Shown: positions 1 to 9,655 of the stretch, one piece after another
How positions within the stretch are numbered: position 1 is the stretch's first letter
How the letters are laid out: every line of letters starts with the position of its first letter
IMG/VR virus record: IMGVR_UViG_3300009514_000435
Span: 2,497-66,496 of that record
Strand: one strand, 5' to 3'
Source: a virus
Length of the DNA: 64,000 bases
The notes under the pieces: generated by a model
Database searches by the model: none
What the model was told of the DNA's origin: nothing
What the model saw: the letters and a program-made list of their open reading frames with translations, nothing else
Program-made: the position numbers and the translations under genes

Positions 1-1034
1 CTATCAAAAGACCAAACAGTATCTATAAGTTGTTTGTACATATTCATATTGAGAATACCTTCTATCTGCAAATACATAATTGGGTCTTTTTTCTTAATCT
101 CTTTATTCATAAAAGGCGATTTATCTTTACCGCCACTATATTTTCTATAGACTTCTCTCAAATCCAACTCACCAAAGTTACCAGATATAAACATACTCCA
201 CTGTTTTTGTTTTTGTTTGGTTAAAACAGTTCGATATATATGATGTCCCATTTCATGGACTAAGACTTGGGCGGTTGCTCTAGGATTCTGTTTAAAAACA
301 TTTGAGTAAAGAATAAGTTTCGCATTTCTTCCTCTCCCATCATACCTACCACCATCATCCAAAGTGACTTTTGATGTAATGTCTACTACAATAGGAACCT
401 GTTGCATATGTTTTTTAAATGGGGTTTTATTAGCAATCTCTAATGTTTTCGTTAAACTCTGAATGGTTTCTTTAGGGGTGTGAAAACCTTTTCTTCCTGA
501 TTTCAAAATAACCTTATACCCTCTGATGTTCAATTGTTCTGTTTTTTCTTCATCTACATTTAATTCTTTTTCTTTCCAATCCTTCAACCACTTGATAAAT
601 TCATCTAATGTTGCCCAAGCCACTCTGGAAGTTCTTCTGATTCTACCTTCCCATTTTTTTAGTTTATCGGAAAAATCATAAAACCTAGCTTCTTTAGTCC
701 AATAATCATCTGCCAATTCAATAGGAACTCTAAATTGTATATACAAAGCCCACAAATCTTTTCTTAATCGTTTATCCCAGTATTCGTGGTCGGATTCTGA
801 TAAATCTTTATTCCATTTTAAAGCATCCAACGCATGATAAATTTCCCTTGAATAATTCTCAAAACTTTCTGCCCAGTTTTCGACATACTTCCCCCATTTA
901 TGAGCAGTATCATAATTTTCTAGGGCTTTAGGATTCTTAGCATTTTTCATTAAAGTCAAAAAGTCTTTTCTAAGGCTTTTAACCTTAGATGTATTCAACT
1001 TCCCTTCCGTTAAATAGAATTTCTTAAATCTCAT
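1..1034 (-). CDS. Putative capsid-targeted zinc metalloprotease (HEXXH), truncated by left window edge
   Basis: Not in ORF track because it has no stop inside the window. Manual translation from ATG at 1034 (purine-rich GAGGAAAGGGAA upstream): MRFKKFYLTEGKLNTSKVK...QVLVHEMGHHIYR...; open for 344 codons; HEMGH at 243-257. Confidence 0.75.
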   Translation of the reverse strand, partial: MRFKKFYLTEGKLNTSKVKSLRKDFLTLMKNAKNPKALENYDTAHKWGKYVENWAESFENYSREIYHALDALKWNKDLSESDHEYWDKRLRKDLWALYIQFRVPIELADDYWTKEARFYDFSDKLKKWEGRIRRTSRVAWATLDEFIKWLKDWKEKELNVDEEKTEQLNIRGYKVILKSGRKGFHTPKETIQSLTKTLEIANKTPFKKHMQQVPIVVDITSKVTLDDGGRYDGRGRNAKLILYSNVFKQNPRATAQVLVHEMGHHIYRTVLTKQKQKQWSMFISGNFGELDLREVYRKYSGGKDKSPFMNKEIKKKDPIMYLQIEGILNMNMYKQLIDTVWSFD

Positions 1035-1131
1035 TTCCCTTTCCTCAACTGTTTCAGGGGAGAATCCGTATACATGATTTTATAGAACAAAAACAGAACC
1101 AAGAAACCCATTAGAATTACAAGGTTTCTCA

Positions 1132-1455
1132 TTACCCAATTACCCATGCCTTTTTAATTCTTTCCCAATTTCCCGATTTCACATAAATTTTGGCTTTCTC
1201 TTTGGTTAACACATTGGTAGCAAACTCATTGAAATTAATATCGCCTTTTGTTTTCGGTCTAGTGTGGTCTTTAGCTAACAATTCTTCAAGGAATTTCTGC
1301 ATAGAACCCACATTTGCAGGATCATCATTCAACTTGATATAATGCCTCTGGTTTGTTTCTGTGTTGAGTAAAGACCACCTCTTAGCGGTTTTCTTAATTT
1401 CAAATATGCTCCACTTATTTCGGCCTTCTGTTAGGTAAAACTCTTTAAATTTCAT
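1132..1455 (-). CDS. Hypothetical internal head protein with capsid-targeting-like N-terminus
   Basis: Starts MKFKEFYLTEG, near-identical to the start of the neighbouring ORF; resembles the T4 internal-protein CTS. Confidence 0.6.
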   Translation of the reverse strand: MKFKEFYLTEGRNKWSIFEIKKTAKRWSLLNTETNQRHYIKLNDDPANVGSMQKFLEELLAKDHTRPKTKGDINFNEFATNVLTKEKAKIYVKSGNWERIKKAWVIG

Positions 1456-1886
1456 ACCGCCCCCGACATTCCACTACTTACAGATAGAGCTTGTCTAGCC
1501 ACCATCTTATCCAGATTCTTGTCAAAAAATTTCCCTCTTTTGTCTTTTTCTTTTTCTTCTTCATCATTTTCACCAACCAATAAAGCTGTAGGTAAACTTT
1601 GCCAGAACACTTTGGGCAGCATTCCTTTAAGTTTTCGTCTTAAATTGGGTTTTAAGTTTAAAAAATCTCTTTTAAAAATGCTCACAAAACCTAAATTTCC
1701 TGTCAGATTATCAGATATTTCCTTCTCTTTGCCTTTATTTTTTTTAAAAACGTTGGGCAATATTTTAGTCAACCACCCCTTATGATCTAGTTCGCTTTTG
1801 AAGTCAATATAATTCCCTTTAGTGTACTCCACATGGGGAGTTTCTTCGAGAAACTTTTCTATAATATAAAATTCTTTAAACTTCAT
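1452..1886 (-). CDS. Hypothetical internal head protein with capsid-targeting-like N-terminus
   Basis: Starts MKFKEFYIIEKFLEE; late promoter at 1933-1940 just upstream. Confidence 0.6.
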   Translation of the reverse strand: MKFKEFYIIEKFLEETPHVEYTKGNYIDFKSELDHKGWLTKILPNVFKKNKGKEKEISDNLTGNLGFVSIFKRDFLNLKPNLRRKLKGMLPKVFWQSLPTALLVGENDEEEKEKDKRGKFFDKNLDKMVARQALSVSSGMSGAV

Positions 1887-2263
1887 TCTAATTCCTTATA
1901 AAACAAAGAGATTGGCATATTAAATTCTAAAATATTTATATTTCCATCCTTTTCTAATAAACGAACAATAACTCCTGTTTCATCTTTGGGGAGCCATCTA
2001 GTACCTGCTAAGTCTTTGACAAACGTGTTATCTTCTCTTCTAAATAAAAAAAGAGGAATCCCTTGAAACTCCCCTTTAGTTGCTATGTATATCAAATCGG
2101 CATGATGTTGTTTTCTTATGTTATCGTTTAGCTCAAAAGCTATGTTTTTTAACTTTTTGGTATCATCTGCCAAATTAATAACTTTATTGTTTTTAGTATT
2201 AACTGCCCGATATTTCAAAAGTGTACGAACAAAACCCGCAATTACTGGAAAAGACTGTTCCAT
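1883..2263 (-). CDS. Hypothetical protein
   Basis: 126-aa ORF tightly packed in the minus-strand operon. Confidence 0.6.
   Translation of the reverse strand: MEQSFPVIAGFVRTLLKYRAVNTKNNKVINLADDTKKLKNIAFELNDNIRKQHHADLIYIATKGEFQGIPLFLFRREDNTFVKDLAGTRWLPKDETGVIVRLLEKDGNINILEFNMPISLFYKELE
1933..1940 (-). promoter_or_regulatory. T4-type late promoter TATAAATA
   Basis: Exact motif about 47 nt upstream of the 1886 start (inside the upstream CDS). Confidence 0.55.
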
Positions 2264-2271
2264 TTGATTAT

Positions 2272-2664
2272 CTATTTCTTTCGTTTGAAGCCGAATATCT
2301 GTCGCTTCAGATTAGATATTTTCCTTTTAATTAGAATTTGTGCCTTTTTTGCTTTTCTTTTAATAGCACCCAACTTTTGGCTTTTCTTTTTCTGCCTGAT
2401 TTCATCAGGAGCCATTTTCTGTACAGTTGGTCTGCCACCATCAGGATCGGGAATTACTTTATGATTTGGGATTTCCGTTGTCCATCTTTTCTTTTTCTTT
2501 CCATTCCTGATTACTATTTTCTTGACAAGTCTTTGGAATCCTTCTTCCATATTGTCATTTTCATCAATGTCAAAATCTTCTTCAGTGTATACTGCGAAGG
2601 CATCTTCTTCTAATTCGTCTTCAGAATCATTATTTTCGTTGTAATATTGTTTAAAAGCTGTCAT
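2272..2664 (-). CDS. Prohead core protein, gp68-like
   Basis: Acidic N-half, very basic C-half (KKIVIRNGKKKKR...RKAKKAQILIKRKISNLKRQIFG), the architecture of T4-like gp68; late promoter upstream. Confidence 0.6.
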   Translation of the reverse strand: MTAFKQYYNENNDSEDELEEDAFAVYTEEDFDIDENDNMEEGFQRLVKKIVIRNGKKKKRWTTEIPNHKVIPDPDGGRPTVQKMAPDEIRQKKKSQKLGAIKRKAKKAQILIKRKISNLKRQIFGFKRKK

Positions 2665-2688
2665 ATTAATTTCCTTACTAGTTACCAG

Positions 2689-2696
2689 TATTTATA
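2689..2696 (-). promoter_or_regulatory. T4-type late promoter TATAAATA
   Basis: Exact motif, intergenic, upstream of the gp68-like gene. Confidence 0.75.
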
Positions 2697-2828
2697 TTAA
2701 TAATCTTCTTTCCAACGATGTTCGCTGAAATCTAGTTCTTGGGGTTCATCATCATAATCATTAATATTCGTATCAAAAGCGTTTTCTTCGGTATCAACTG
2801 ATAATTCGTTTTCTTCTCTGGGATACAT
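2697..2828 (-). CDS. Small acidic hypothetical protein (43 aa)
   Basis: Manual translation MYPREENELSVDTEENAFDTNINDYDDEPQELDFSEHRWKEDY*; ATG overlaps the regA stop (TAATG) and the ORF fills the gap exactly. Confidence 0.5.
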   Translation of the reverse strand: MYPREENELSVDTEENAFDTNINDYDDEPQELDFSEHRWKEDY

Positions 2829-3223
2829 TATTCTGTTACCTCCGTACCTATTATGTTAAATTTGTGCGATATGCTCCAATATTTCTTTTCTTGAAACGGT
2901 AAGACATAAACAAATTCATTGTGAGGTTCAATATCTTGTTCATCAACTAGTTCGATTAATCCCCAGTTTTTCATACAAAAAATAATTGAATTTTTTCTTT
3001 CTAAATCTTTTTCACTGATATTATTGTACCCATTTGGTCTTGTTAAAAGGAACATTTCTTTGAAATGTACTATATAAAATTCTTCAAAATTTTGATATAG
3101 ATAACATGATGGGTAAAGGATATTTTTCTTTTTATTAGCTATCCCTATTCTAGTTAAGGTTTCTTTTACAACCTTTAAATCTGCTTTTGGTATGACTTGA
3201 ACCAAATTCTTAATTTCACTCAT
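2828..3223 (-). CDS. regA: Translational repressor RegA
   Basis: KVVKETLTRIGIANKK..LYPSC..YIVHFKEM..WGLIE matches T4 RegA. Confidence 0.92.
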   Translation of the reverse strand: MSEIKNLVQVIPKADLKVVKETLTRIGIANKKKNILYPSCYLYQNFEEFYIVHFKEMFLLTRPNGYNNISEKDLERKNSIIFCMKNWGLIELVDEQDIEPHNEFVYVLPFQEKKYWSISHKFNIIGTEVTE

Positions 3224-3265
3224 AATCTTTCACTCACATTAATTAAATTAACAAATATATACAGA

Positions 3266-3273
3266 TATTTATA
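3266..3273 (-). promoter_or_regulatory. T4-type late promoter TATAAATA
   Basis: Exact motif overlapping the lipoprotein stop codon, upstream of regA. Confidence 0.6.
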
Positions 3274-3577
3274 AAACCATACCTTTCAAAATTTTCCTTC
3301 CTGAGTCGGCAGGAATTTGTAAAACGGTATCTGGATTGTTAGGATCTGTCTGAAAAAACAAAGTATCTAATGTATGTGAATTATATATTTCTACCCCATA
3401 TCCTTCTTTATATTTTCCGTTGCTTTTCAGTTGCGGAACCACCACATGATACAATTTATTAATTTTGATGTATAATGTATCTGTTCCACAGAGTTTATTC
3501 TTGGTAACTTTTATTCCATTACAAGAAAGAATAGTCACAACAAGAATAGCTAAAAATAGCCTTTTTAAATTCTTCAT
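3269..3577 (-). CDS. Putative lipoprotein
   Basis: Basic N-terminus, hydrophobic stretch and lipobox-like ILSC. Confidence 0.65.
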   Translation of the reverse strand: MKNLKRLFLAILVVTILSCNGIKVTKNKLCGTDTLYIKINKLYHVVVPQLKSNGKYKEGYGVEIYNSHTLDTLFFQTDPNNPDTVLQIPADSGRKILKGMVL

Positions 3578-3588
3578 GTTTTACCCCC

Positions 3589-4122
3589 TTAGTTATTTCT
3601 AATAGTATCTGGCCTTACAACATCCCAAGTATCATATGCAAAAGTGCAAGTATATGTTAGTTGTTCTGAGTTACCAAAATTGAGTTGTAATGAACTCAAA
3701 TTTATTAAGTAACAGTTATTGAAAGAAAACCTTGGGCCAGAACGGTTTTCATTATCATTATAGGTTAAGAAAATAGTATTGATATGGCTTTCCCCTAATG
3801 AATTATCCCCATCGGTGGGCTTTCCACACCTAACCTCTCGCATCCATTCATAAAATGTTGCGTAATTCTCAACATCTTCATCCACAAAAAAATCTATGAT
3901 AAGGGGAGTAAGGTCGTTATTTGCTTGGGATGAAGGTTGATTTACTTGTGCTCCGAAAAAAGCAGACTTAACTACTTCTAAATTATAATCAGGCATAGAT
4001 AAAGATTTAACATAATTGTCAAATACCGCCATTGGTGGTTTGTCTATTCTACCAGAATAAAACGGCATATTTGAAAACACGACTTTAAACTTATCCGAAT
4101 TGGCATTATTAACTACACTCAT
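3589..4122 (-). CDS. Tail tube terminator / tail completion protein, gp3-like
   Basis: NNANSDKF..PLIIDFFVDED..YEWM..LSSLQL..TCTFAYD parallels T4 gp3. Confidence 0.8.
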   Translation of the reverse strand: MSVVNNANSDKFKVVFSNMPFYSGRIDKPPMAVFDNYVKSLSMPDYNLEVVKSAFFGAQVNQPSSQANNDLTPLIIDFFVDEDVENYATFYEWMREVRCGKPTDGDNSLGESHINTIFLTYNDNENRSGPRFSFNNCYLINLSSLQLNFGNSEQLTYTCTFAYDTWDVVRPDTIRNN

Positions 4123-4143
4123 TAAACACTCCTTATATTGAAG

Positions 4144-4151
4144 TATTTATA
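4144..4151 (-). promoter_or_regulatory. T4-type late promoter TATAAATA
   Basis: Exact motif upstream of the gp3-like gene. Confidence 0.75.
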
Positions 4152-4992
4152 TAATCCCGCTAATATACTCTCGAATGTCGCCTTTTGGGTTATAATTCAA
4201 ATCTTTTTTACTTTCGCTTATATCGGAAACAACAACATCATCTTCACCTTCTCTTGCAGGAATAAACTGTATTACATTCCTAAACATCTTGGCGATCTCA
4301 AGAATAGAATAACTTTTACCTGAAGCTAGGTTGTATGTTTTTCCTTTTGGGTCTTTCGACATCAAGATAAGACCTTCTACTATATCATCCACATGAACAA
4401 AATCTCTCTTTTGTTCACCTGTTCCAGTTACAGTCAACGGTTGACCTGTTCTGGTCTGTCTTTCAAATATCCCAATTACTGTTGCAAAATCACCTTGTTC
4501 TATCTGCCGATTACCATATACATTGAAAAATCTGGCTATGGATATAGGCAAATTGTAGATATTTCGGTACATTTTGCAAACTTCCTCTCCTGCCCATTTA
4601 GAGAACGAATAAGGACTTAAAAATTCCCCTTCATAAAAAGAACAAGAACCCGCATAAACCAGTTTTGCACCTCTATCTACGGCTATCTGACATATTTTAG
4701 AAGTTCCTTGTATATTCACTGCGGTTGTTCGTTCTGGGTTCTTCAGACTAGGCTGAATCCTAGAAACCCCCGCCAGATGAAAAACTACATCCAATTCCTC
4801 TGGAACATTCCAATCATCCGATAAAATATCATTGACCTGATAATCCACACCCTCTATCATGTTCTCATAATAACCTGTTGACATATCATCAATCACTGTT
4901 ACAGAATGGTCTTCTGATAACAACCTCTCCACTAGATTGGAGCCAATAAAGCCCATTCCACCAGTTACTAGAATATTCATGGGTACATCCAA
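4147..4992 (-). CDS. NAD-dependent nucleotide-sugar epimerase/dehydratase
   Basis: TGGMGFIG, HLAG, YxxxK (YSFSK), RFFNVYG, RDFVHVDD extended-SDR motifs. Confidence 0.9.
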   Translation of the reverse strand: MDVPMNILVTGGMGFIGSNLVERLLSEDHSVTVIDDMSTGYYENMIEGVDYQVNDILSDDWNVPEELDVVFHLAGVSRIQPSLKNPERTTAVNIQGTSKICQIAVDRGAKLVYAGSCSFYEGEFLSPYSFSKWAGEEVCKMYRNIYNLPISIARFFNVYGNRQIEQGDFATVIGIFERQTRTGQPLTVTGTGEQKRDFVHVDDIVEGLILMSKDPKGKTYNLASGKSYSILEIAKMFRNVIQFIPAREGEDDVVVSDISESKKDLNYNPKGDIREYISGII

Positions 4993-6062
4993 TTTTCATC
5001 ATTGACTACTATTTCGGCCAAATCTTTTTTCTCTTTAAATTTCTTTTTTTTGAACTTCTCTTCCATGAATTTTCGATACTTATTAAACCTTTTTTCATTA
5101 TTATCCATAATTTCGGTGGAAAGTAAGATATCGTGAAACAGGTGATATGTATTTACCTTTTCATTATTCAGTTCTTTGTATTTACAGATATATTGGATTC
5201 TAAAATTAAATTCAGCATCTTCCAAACCATATCCAACATAATCGGTATTGTAACCTCTAACTTTTTGAAAAGATTTCAAATGAATTAAACCATTCCCAGG
5301 AGCAATACCAAAAGGTGTTCTCGAAATATCTGGATTAATTTTGAAAAAGAGTGCATAATCATTGAAATTGTCTGAATAGAAATTCCTGCCCAAATTATAA
5401 TTGTTAAAAACAACCCGCACTGGTTTTTTAAACGAAACTTGTTTTTTCATTTCGTCTACATAAGTCGAAGGATAAATTAAATCAATATCTGATAATAAAA
5501 AATAAGGAGTAGTTATCATTAAATTCACACCCAAATTAATGGTCAAGGGTTTATTGTAGGTTTCTAGAAATGTAGGTCTGTGTTGATAACTAATATTACA
5601 CAGATTTTTAATAGCATCATAGATACATTCGGTTGAAGTGTTACATACACAGATATTGACTTTCTGGTTTCTTATGCTTTTAATTGAAGCAATTAGCCTC
5701 TCCAAAGCACCTTGTCTGCTTTTGCCTTCAAAGTGAAACGGGAATAACATATCAAACTTAGAAGAATGATTATCCCAATATTTCTCTTTTTTTTCTTCTA
5801 TAACTTTTTTCACATCGTAAAATTTATCCCCATAAATTTTCCGTTCCGTTGATAAAGTGTGAATGACTTTTTCATAATGTCTTAACTTTTTATTCTTAGC
5901 CTCAAGTTCTTCAACCATAGATGGTGGTATGTTCCACAACTCCTGTGGATACTTTTCAGCTATGCCATCTGGAATAACATAATACTTTCCATTACAAGGA
6001 ATTCGCTTCCCTATTTCTGTAATGAAAAGGTCTATCGGTTTCTTGTTAAGAACTACTGCCAT
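4977..6062 (-). CDS. Glycosyltransferase (GT-A fold, GT2/GT7-like C-terminus) with N-terminal extension
   Basis: DID motif (LSDIDL); VRGYNTDYVGYGLEDAEF; YHLFH. Confidence 0.8.
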   Translation of the reverse strand: MAVVLNKKPIDLFITEIGKRIPCNGKYYVIPDGIAEKYPQELWNIPPSMVEELEAKNKKLRHYEKVIHTLSTERKIYGDKFYDVKKVIEEKKEKYWDNHSSKFDMLFPFHFEGKSRQGALERLIASIKSIRNQKVNICVCNTSTECIYDAIKNLCNISYQHRPTFLETYNKPLTINLGVNLMITTPYFLLSDIDLIYPSTYVDEMKKQVSFKKPVRVVFNNYNLGRNFYSDNFNDYALFFKINPDISRTPFGIAPGNGLIHLKSFQKVRGYNTDYVGYGLEDAEFNFRIQYICKYKELNNEKVNTYHLFHDILLSTEIMDNNEKRFNKYRKFMEEKFKKKKFKEKKDLAEIVVNDENWMYP

Positions 6063-7236
6063 TGATTACTCCGTTAATTAATTCACAGATAAACTCAATA
6101 TCTTCTTTCGCCATCAACTGATGATTCGGAACATATAAACCGTACTTGTCTATCTTATTAGCAAAGGGTAAATATGTTTCATGTTTTAGTTTCCCTTTCA
6201 GGAAAGGTTGAAATTCCATTGAGCCACAAATCAAAGGTCTTACTTCTACATTGTTATCCACCAGTGCTTCGCTTATTTCGTTTGCCTTCGGGTGTATAAT
6301 GGGGTATGCGAAATTGGAAACAATATCAAAATCATAATCGTTTTTCTTTTTCCAATAATCATTTACAATCAATTTATCATATAATCGGAAATTAGCATCC
6401 CTAACCGCACAAGTCCTATTCAATTTAGTCATTTGTCTCAATCCAATATAAGCCTGTAGGTCTGTCGCTCTAAGGTTAAACCCTGCATAATAAAAAGAAT
6501 ACAATGATTTAAACTCTGAAATATTATGTTCAGTTCTTAACCGTTTCTGTTCGTCTGTATCCACATCCCGATCCCATCCATGACTTCTTATCATTTTAAG
6601 AACATTATAAAGTTCCTTATCATCAGTACAAACCATTCCACCTTCAATAGTAGACATATGATGTCCGAAATAAAAAGAAAAAGTGCTCATTAATCCAAAT
6701 GTGCCTGTTTTCTTTCCAACATAAGTCGAACCAACAGATTCGCATGAATCTTCTAAAACGGTAACACCATATTCATCACACATACTATGAATATCTATCA
6801 TTTCACAAGGGAACCCCAACACCTGTACTAATAGCAATGCTGATACATCTGGATGTTCTTTTAATATCTCTCCCAAACTACCTACACTTATACCCAAGGT
6901 TTCTTTGTCACTATCACACAGGATAGGTTCAAAACCTAATTGGATTAAGGGAGCCACAGTGGTAGCCCAAGATACCGCAGGAACTATTATTTTATTGCTT
7001 TTGAGTTTCCCAAGTAATTTGTAAGCATAGACCATTAATAAATTAGCCGAACTTCCTGAATTGACATAAACGGAATATTTACATCCTGTCCAATCAGACC
7101 ATTCTTGTTCAAACTTCTCTGTCTGTTTACCTTTTGTTAATCGGGGTTTTGTTTTTAGCCACTTTATTAGATGTTTAATGTCATTTTCATCAATAGTATC
7201 TTCAACCAACTTGATGGCTTTTCTTGTATTCTTCAA
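6046..7236 (-). CDS. colD: GDP-4-keto-6-deoxy-D-mannose 3-dehydratase (ColD-like, DegT/DnrJ family)
   Basis: VNSGSSANLL, IVPAVSWATT, LEDSCES, GTFGLMSTFSFYFGHHMSTIEGG (His in place of the Schiff-base Lys), IRSHGW. Confidence 0.8.
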   Translation of the reverse strand: MKNTRKAIKLVEDTIDENDIKHLIKWLKTKPRLTKGKQTEKFEQEWSDWTGCKYSVYVNSGSSANLLMVYAYKLLGKLKSNKIIVPAVSWATTVAPLIQLGFEPILCDSDKETLGISVGSLGEILKEHPDVSALLLVQVLGFPCEMIDIHSMCDEYGVTVLEDSCESVGSTYVGKKTGTFGLMSTFSFYFGHHMSTIEGGMVCTDDKELYNVLKMIRSHGWDRDVDTDEQKRLRTEHNISEFKSLYSFYYAGFNLRATDLQAYIGLRQMTKLNRTCAVRDANFRLYDKLIVNDYWKKKNDYDFDIVSNFAYPIIHPKANEISEALVDNNVEVRPLICGSMEFQPFLKGKLKHETYLPFANKIDKYGLYVPNHQLMAKEDIEFICELINGVINGSSS

Positions 7237-8137
7237 TTGTTTTCACCAACCCTGTTTCGATTTCAATTTTTGCTTTCCAACCTAAATTATTTATACGGCT
7301 CACATCTAAACATTTTTTCATCATACCATCTGGTTTTTCAGTATTGAATTTAAACTCACCATCATATCCAACTAAATATTTGATTAAATAAGCCAATTTC
7401 CTGATAGATAAATCTTCGCCTGTTCCTATATTTAAAAAAGTCTCACTTGATTTAACATTATTCATTGACCATATCATACCATCGATCAAATCGTCTATAT
7501 ACAGAAACTCCCTACTCTGATTTCCTGAACCCCAAACTTCGACTTCTTTTACACCATCCCTATGGGCATCACAAATCTTTTTCACTAATGCGGATAGAAC
7601 ATGACTTGTTTCTAAATCATAATGATCACCTTCTCCGTATAGGTTACAAGGCATAAGGGAAACGAAATCAGTATCAAATTCTTTATTCGCATACTCGCAC
7701 AACTTCAACCCTGCTATCTTAGCCAAAGCATACCCTTCATTAGTAGGCTCCAAAGGTGCTTCTAACAAATATTCCTCTTTCAATGGTTGTTTATAATCCT
7801 TCGGATAGATACAACTTGAGCCTAAAAAAAGAACCTTTTTCACTCCTGTCTTAACACAAGCGTTAATAATATTATTCTGCATTACCAGATTATCATGTAA
7901 GAATTTATAAGGATTATCCATATTAGCCTTAATACCCCCCACCACCGCAGAACAGACAAATACAAAGTCAAACCCATAACTTATTGCACCCATTGTGTTG
8001 TGTTGGTGTAAAAGATCTATTTCTTTTCTATCAAATGTATGGACATTAGTATATCCATCATCTTTCAGCTTCTTCAGTAAAACACCACCCACAAACCCAG
8101 TATGTCCTGTCACTAATATTGAACTATTCTTATACAT
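7202..8137 (-). CDS. fcl: GDP-L-fucose synthase / GDP-colitose synthase (Fcl/ColC family)
   Basis: VGGIKAN, FLGSSCIYPK, LEPTNEGYALAKIAG, MPCNLYG, WGSG..REFLY, KPDG. Confidence 0.9.
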   Translation of the reverse strand: MYKNSSILVTGHTGFVGGVLLKKLKDDGYTNVHTFDRKEIDLLHQHNTMGAISYGFDFVFVCSAVVGGIKANMDNPYKFLHDNLVMQNNIINACVKTGVKKVLFLGSSCIYPKDYKQPLKEEYLLEAPLEPTNEGYALAKIAGLKLCEYANKEFDTDFVSLMPCNLYGEGDHYDLETSHVLSALVKKICDAHRDGVKEVEVWGSGNQSREFLYIDDLIDGMIWSMNNVKSSETFLNIGTGEDLSIRKLAYLIKYLVGYDGEFKFNTEKPDGMMKKCLDVSRINNLGWKAKIEIETGLVKTIEEYKKSHQVG

Positions 8138-8138
8138 A

Positions 8139-8816
8139 TTAACCTACATATTTAAAAACACTATCAGGGTTACCATGAGTAATCAATTTATATCCTATAC
8201 ATAATAACATGTCATTGACTTCAGAAAAAGTAGAAGCGTTTTGAAAAAAATCAGTCACGCCATCTATCTCTACATTAATCAGTTTAGGTCTAATATCCCC
8301 AAAACCGCTTATGATTTCTTTAACAACACCTTCAACATCCATATGTAAAACATCTATTTCTGTGATATTATTCTCATTACAAAACCTCTCAATAGTAATA
8401 CATGGAACACTTATCGGTTTCTTTGAATATTTCAAATGTGTAAATTGGTTTTCAGCCTTTTTAGTCGCTTTCAATAATGAACCTGCTGGTGCTGAACTGG
8501 TAGTCACTTGAGTTCCATTATATTCGGGTCGTATACACTCATAATATTCGACTTCACCTACTTTTTTAAACACAGCATAATTAAAAATATTTATTCCATG
8601 TTTTTCTAAAGGTTTAATCTTATTGTAAATTGTAGGGTTTGCCTCAAAAGAATACACTTCAGCATCAGGGAAATTCCTTTTAAAGATAATACTATCACCA
8701 CAGTCAAAACATCCTACATCGAATATAACTTTCGGGTTCTTTCCCAGATGACTATGAATAACATCCGTTCCAATAGAACCCGAATAAAACTTATGGCCAT
8801 CTAATTCAAAATACAT
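8139..8816 (-). CDS. FkbM-family SAM methyltransferase
   Basis: FDVGC, YSFEANP, IDVLHMDVEG. Confidence 0.85.
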   Translation of the reverse strand: MYFELDGHKFYSGSIGTDVIHSHLGKNPKVIFDVGCFDCGDSIIFKRNFPDAEVYSFEANPTIYNKIKPLEKHGINIFNYAVFKKVGEVEYYECIRPEYNGTQVTTSSAPAGSLLKATKKAENQFTHLKYSKKPISVPCITIERFCNENNITEIDVLHMDVEGVVKEIISGFGDIRPKLINVEIDGVTDFFQNASTFSEVNDMLLCIGYKLITHGNPDSVFKYVG

Positions 8817-9655
8817 TATATTTTTCTCAATTTGGCTTTCACTGGAATTTCGCTATTTTCCACTTTAAGTTTACCATCACCCATACCCGCTTCAAATGCT
8901 TCAATGAAATCTCTAATTTTTAAAACCCCTGCGGTTTCAATTGAAGCAGATTGATCACTACCATACATAGTTCTATCTGTTGTAATATGATATTCAATCA
9001 TTTCAGCACCCATAACTTGAGCCTGAAGAATATAAGCAATACCAGACGAATGATTAGAAAACCCTATTGAGTGATGATCTTCAAATAACATCTGTAAAGT
9101 TTCGATCTTTTTCATATTCATTTCTTCTGGTGGAGTTGGGTAACTTGAAACACAAGATAGAATATACGCAGGATCTACATAATTTAAACATTTAAAAATT
9201 TCTTCTTCAGTACTCATACCCACAGCAACAACGACTTTCGTATAAGTATCTTCTACGGCTTTATCAATAGCTTCTAATAATTCAATATTAGTAACCATTG
9301 CGGAAGCAACTTTGATATACTCAGGTTTATATTGCATTAAAAAATCAACAGACTTCACATCCCAAGGAGAACCAAACCAACCAATACCTTTCTGTTTACA
9401 GTAAGCATCAATTTTATCAAATTGTTCTTTACCAAATTCCAGACCGTTTTTCTGTTCTCTATTTGTAGTTCCAAAAGGAGATTCTCTTGGAGCATCTAAT
9501 TCCTCTTTGGTATACACATCTTCAACAGTTCTTTTTTGAAATTTTACAAATTTACAACCACCAGAAATTGCCAAATCAATTAATTTTTTTGCTTGTTCAA
9601 GAGAACCATTATGGTTAATCCCTATCTCACCAACTAATATTGTTTTCATTTTCAA
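8816..9655 (-). CDS. neuB: NeuB-family nonulosonic acid synthase (short form, no C-terminal AFL/SAF domain)
   Basis: EIGINHNGS, VKFQKR, KVAS, SSYPT, GFSNHS, IEYHIT.DR...GSDQSAS. Confidence 0.9.
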   Translation of the reverse strand: MKMKTILVGEIGINHNGSLEQAKKLIDLAISGGCKFVKFQKRTVEDVYTKEELDAPRESPFGTTNREQKNGLEFGKEQFDKIDAYCKQKGIGWFGSPWDVKSVDFLMQYKPEYIKVASAMVTNIELLEAIDKAVEDTYTKVVVAVGMSTEEEIFKCLNYVDPAYILSCVSSYPTPPEEMNMKKIETLQMLFEDHHSIGFSNHSSGIAYILQAQVMGAEMIEYHITTDRTMYGSDQSASIETAGVLKIRDFIEAFEAGMGDGKLKVENSEIPVKAKLRKI

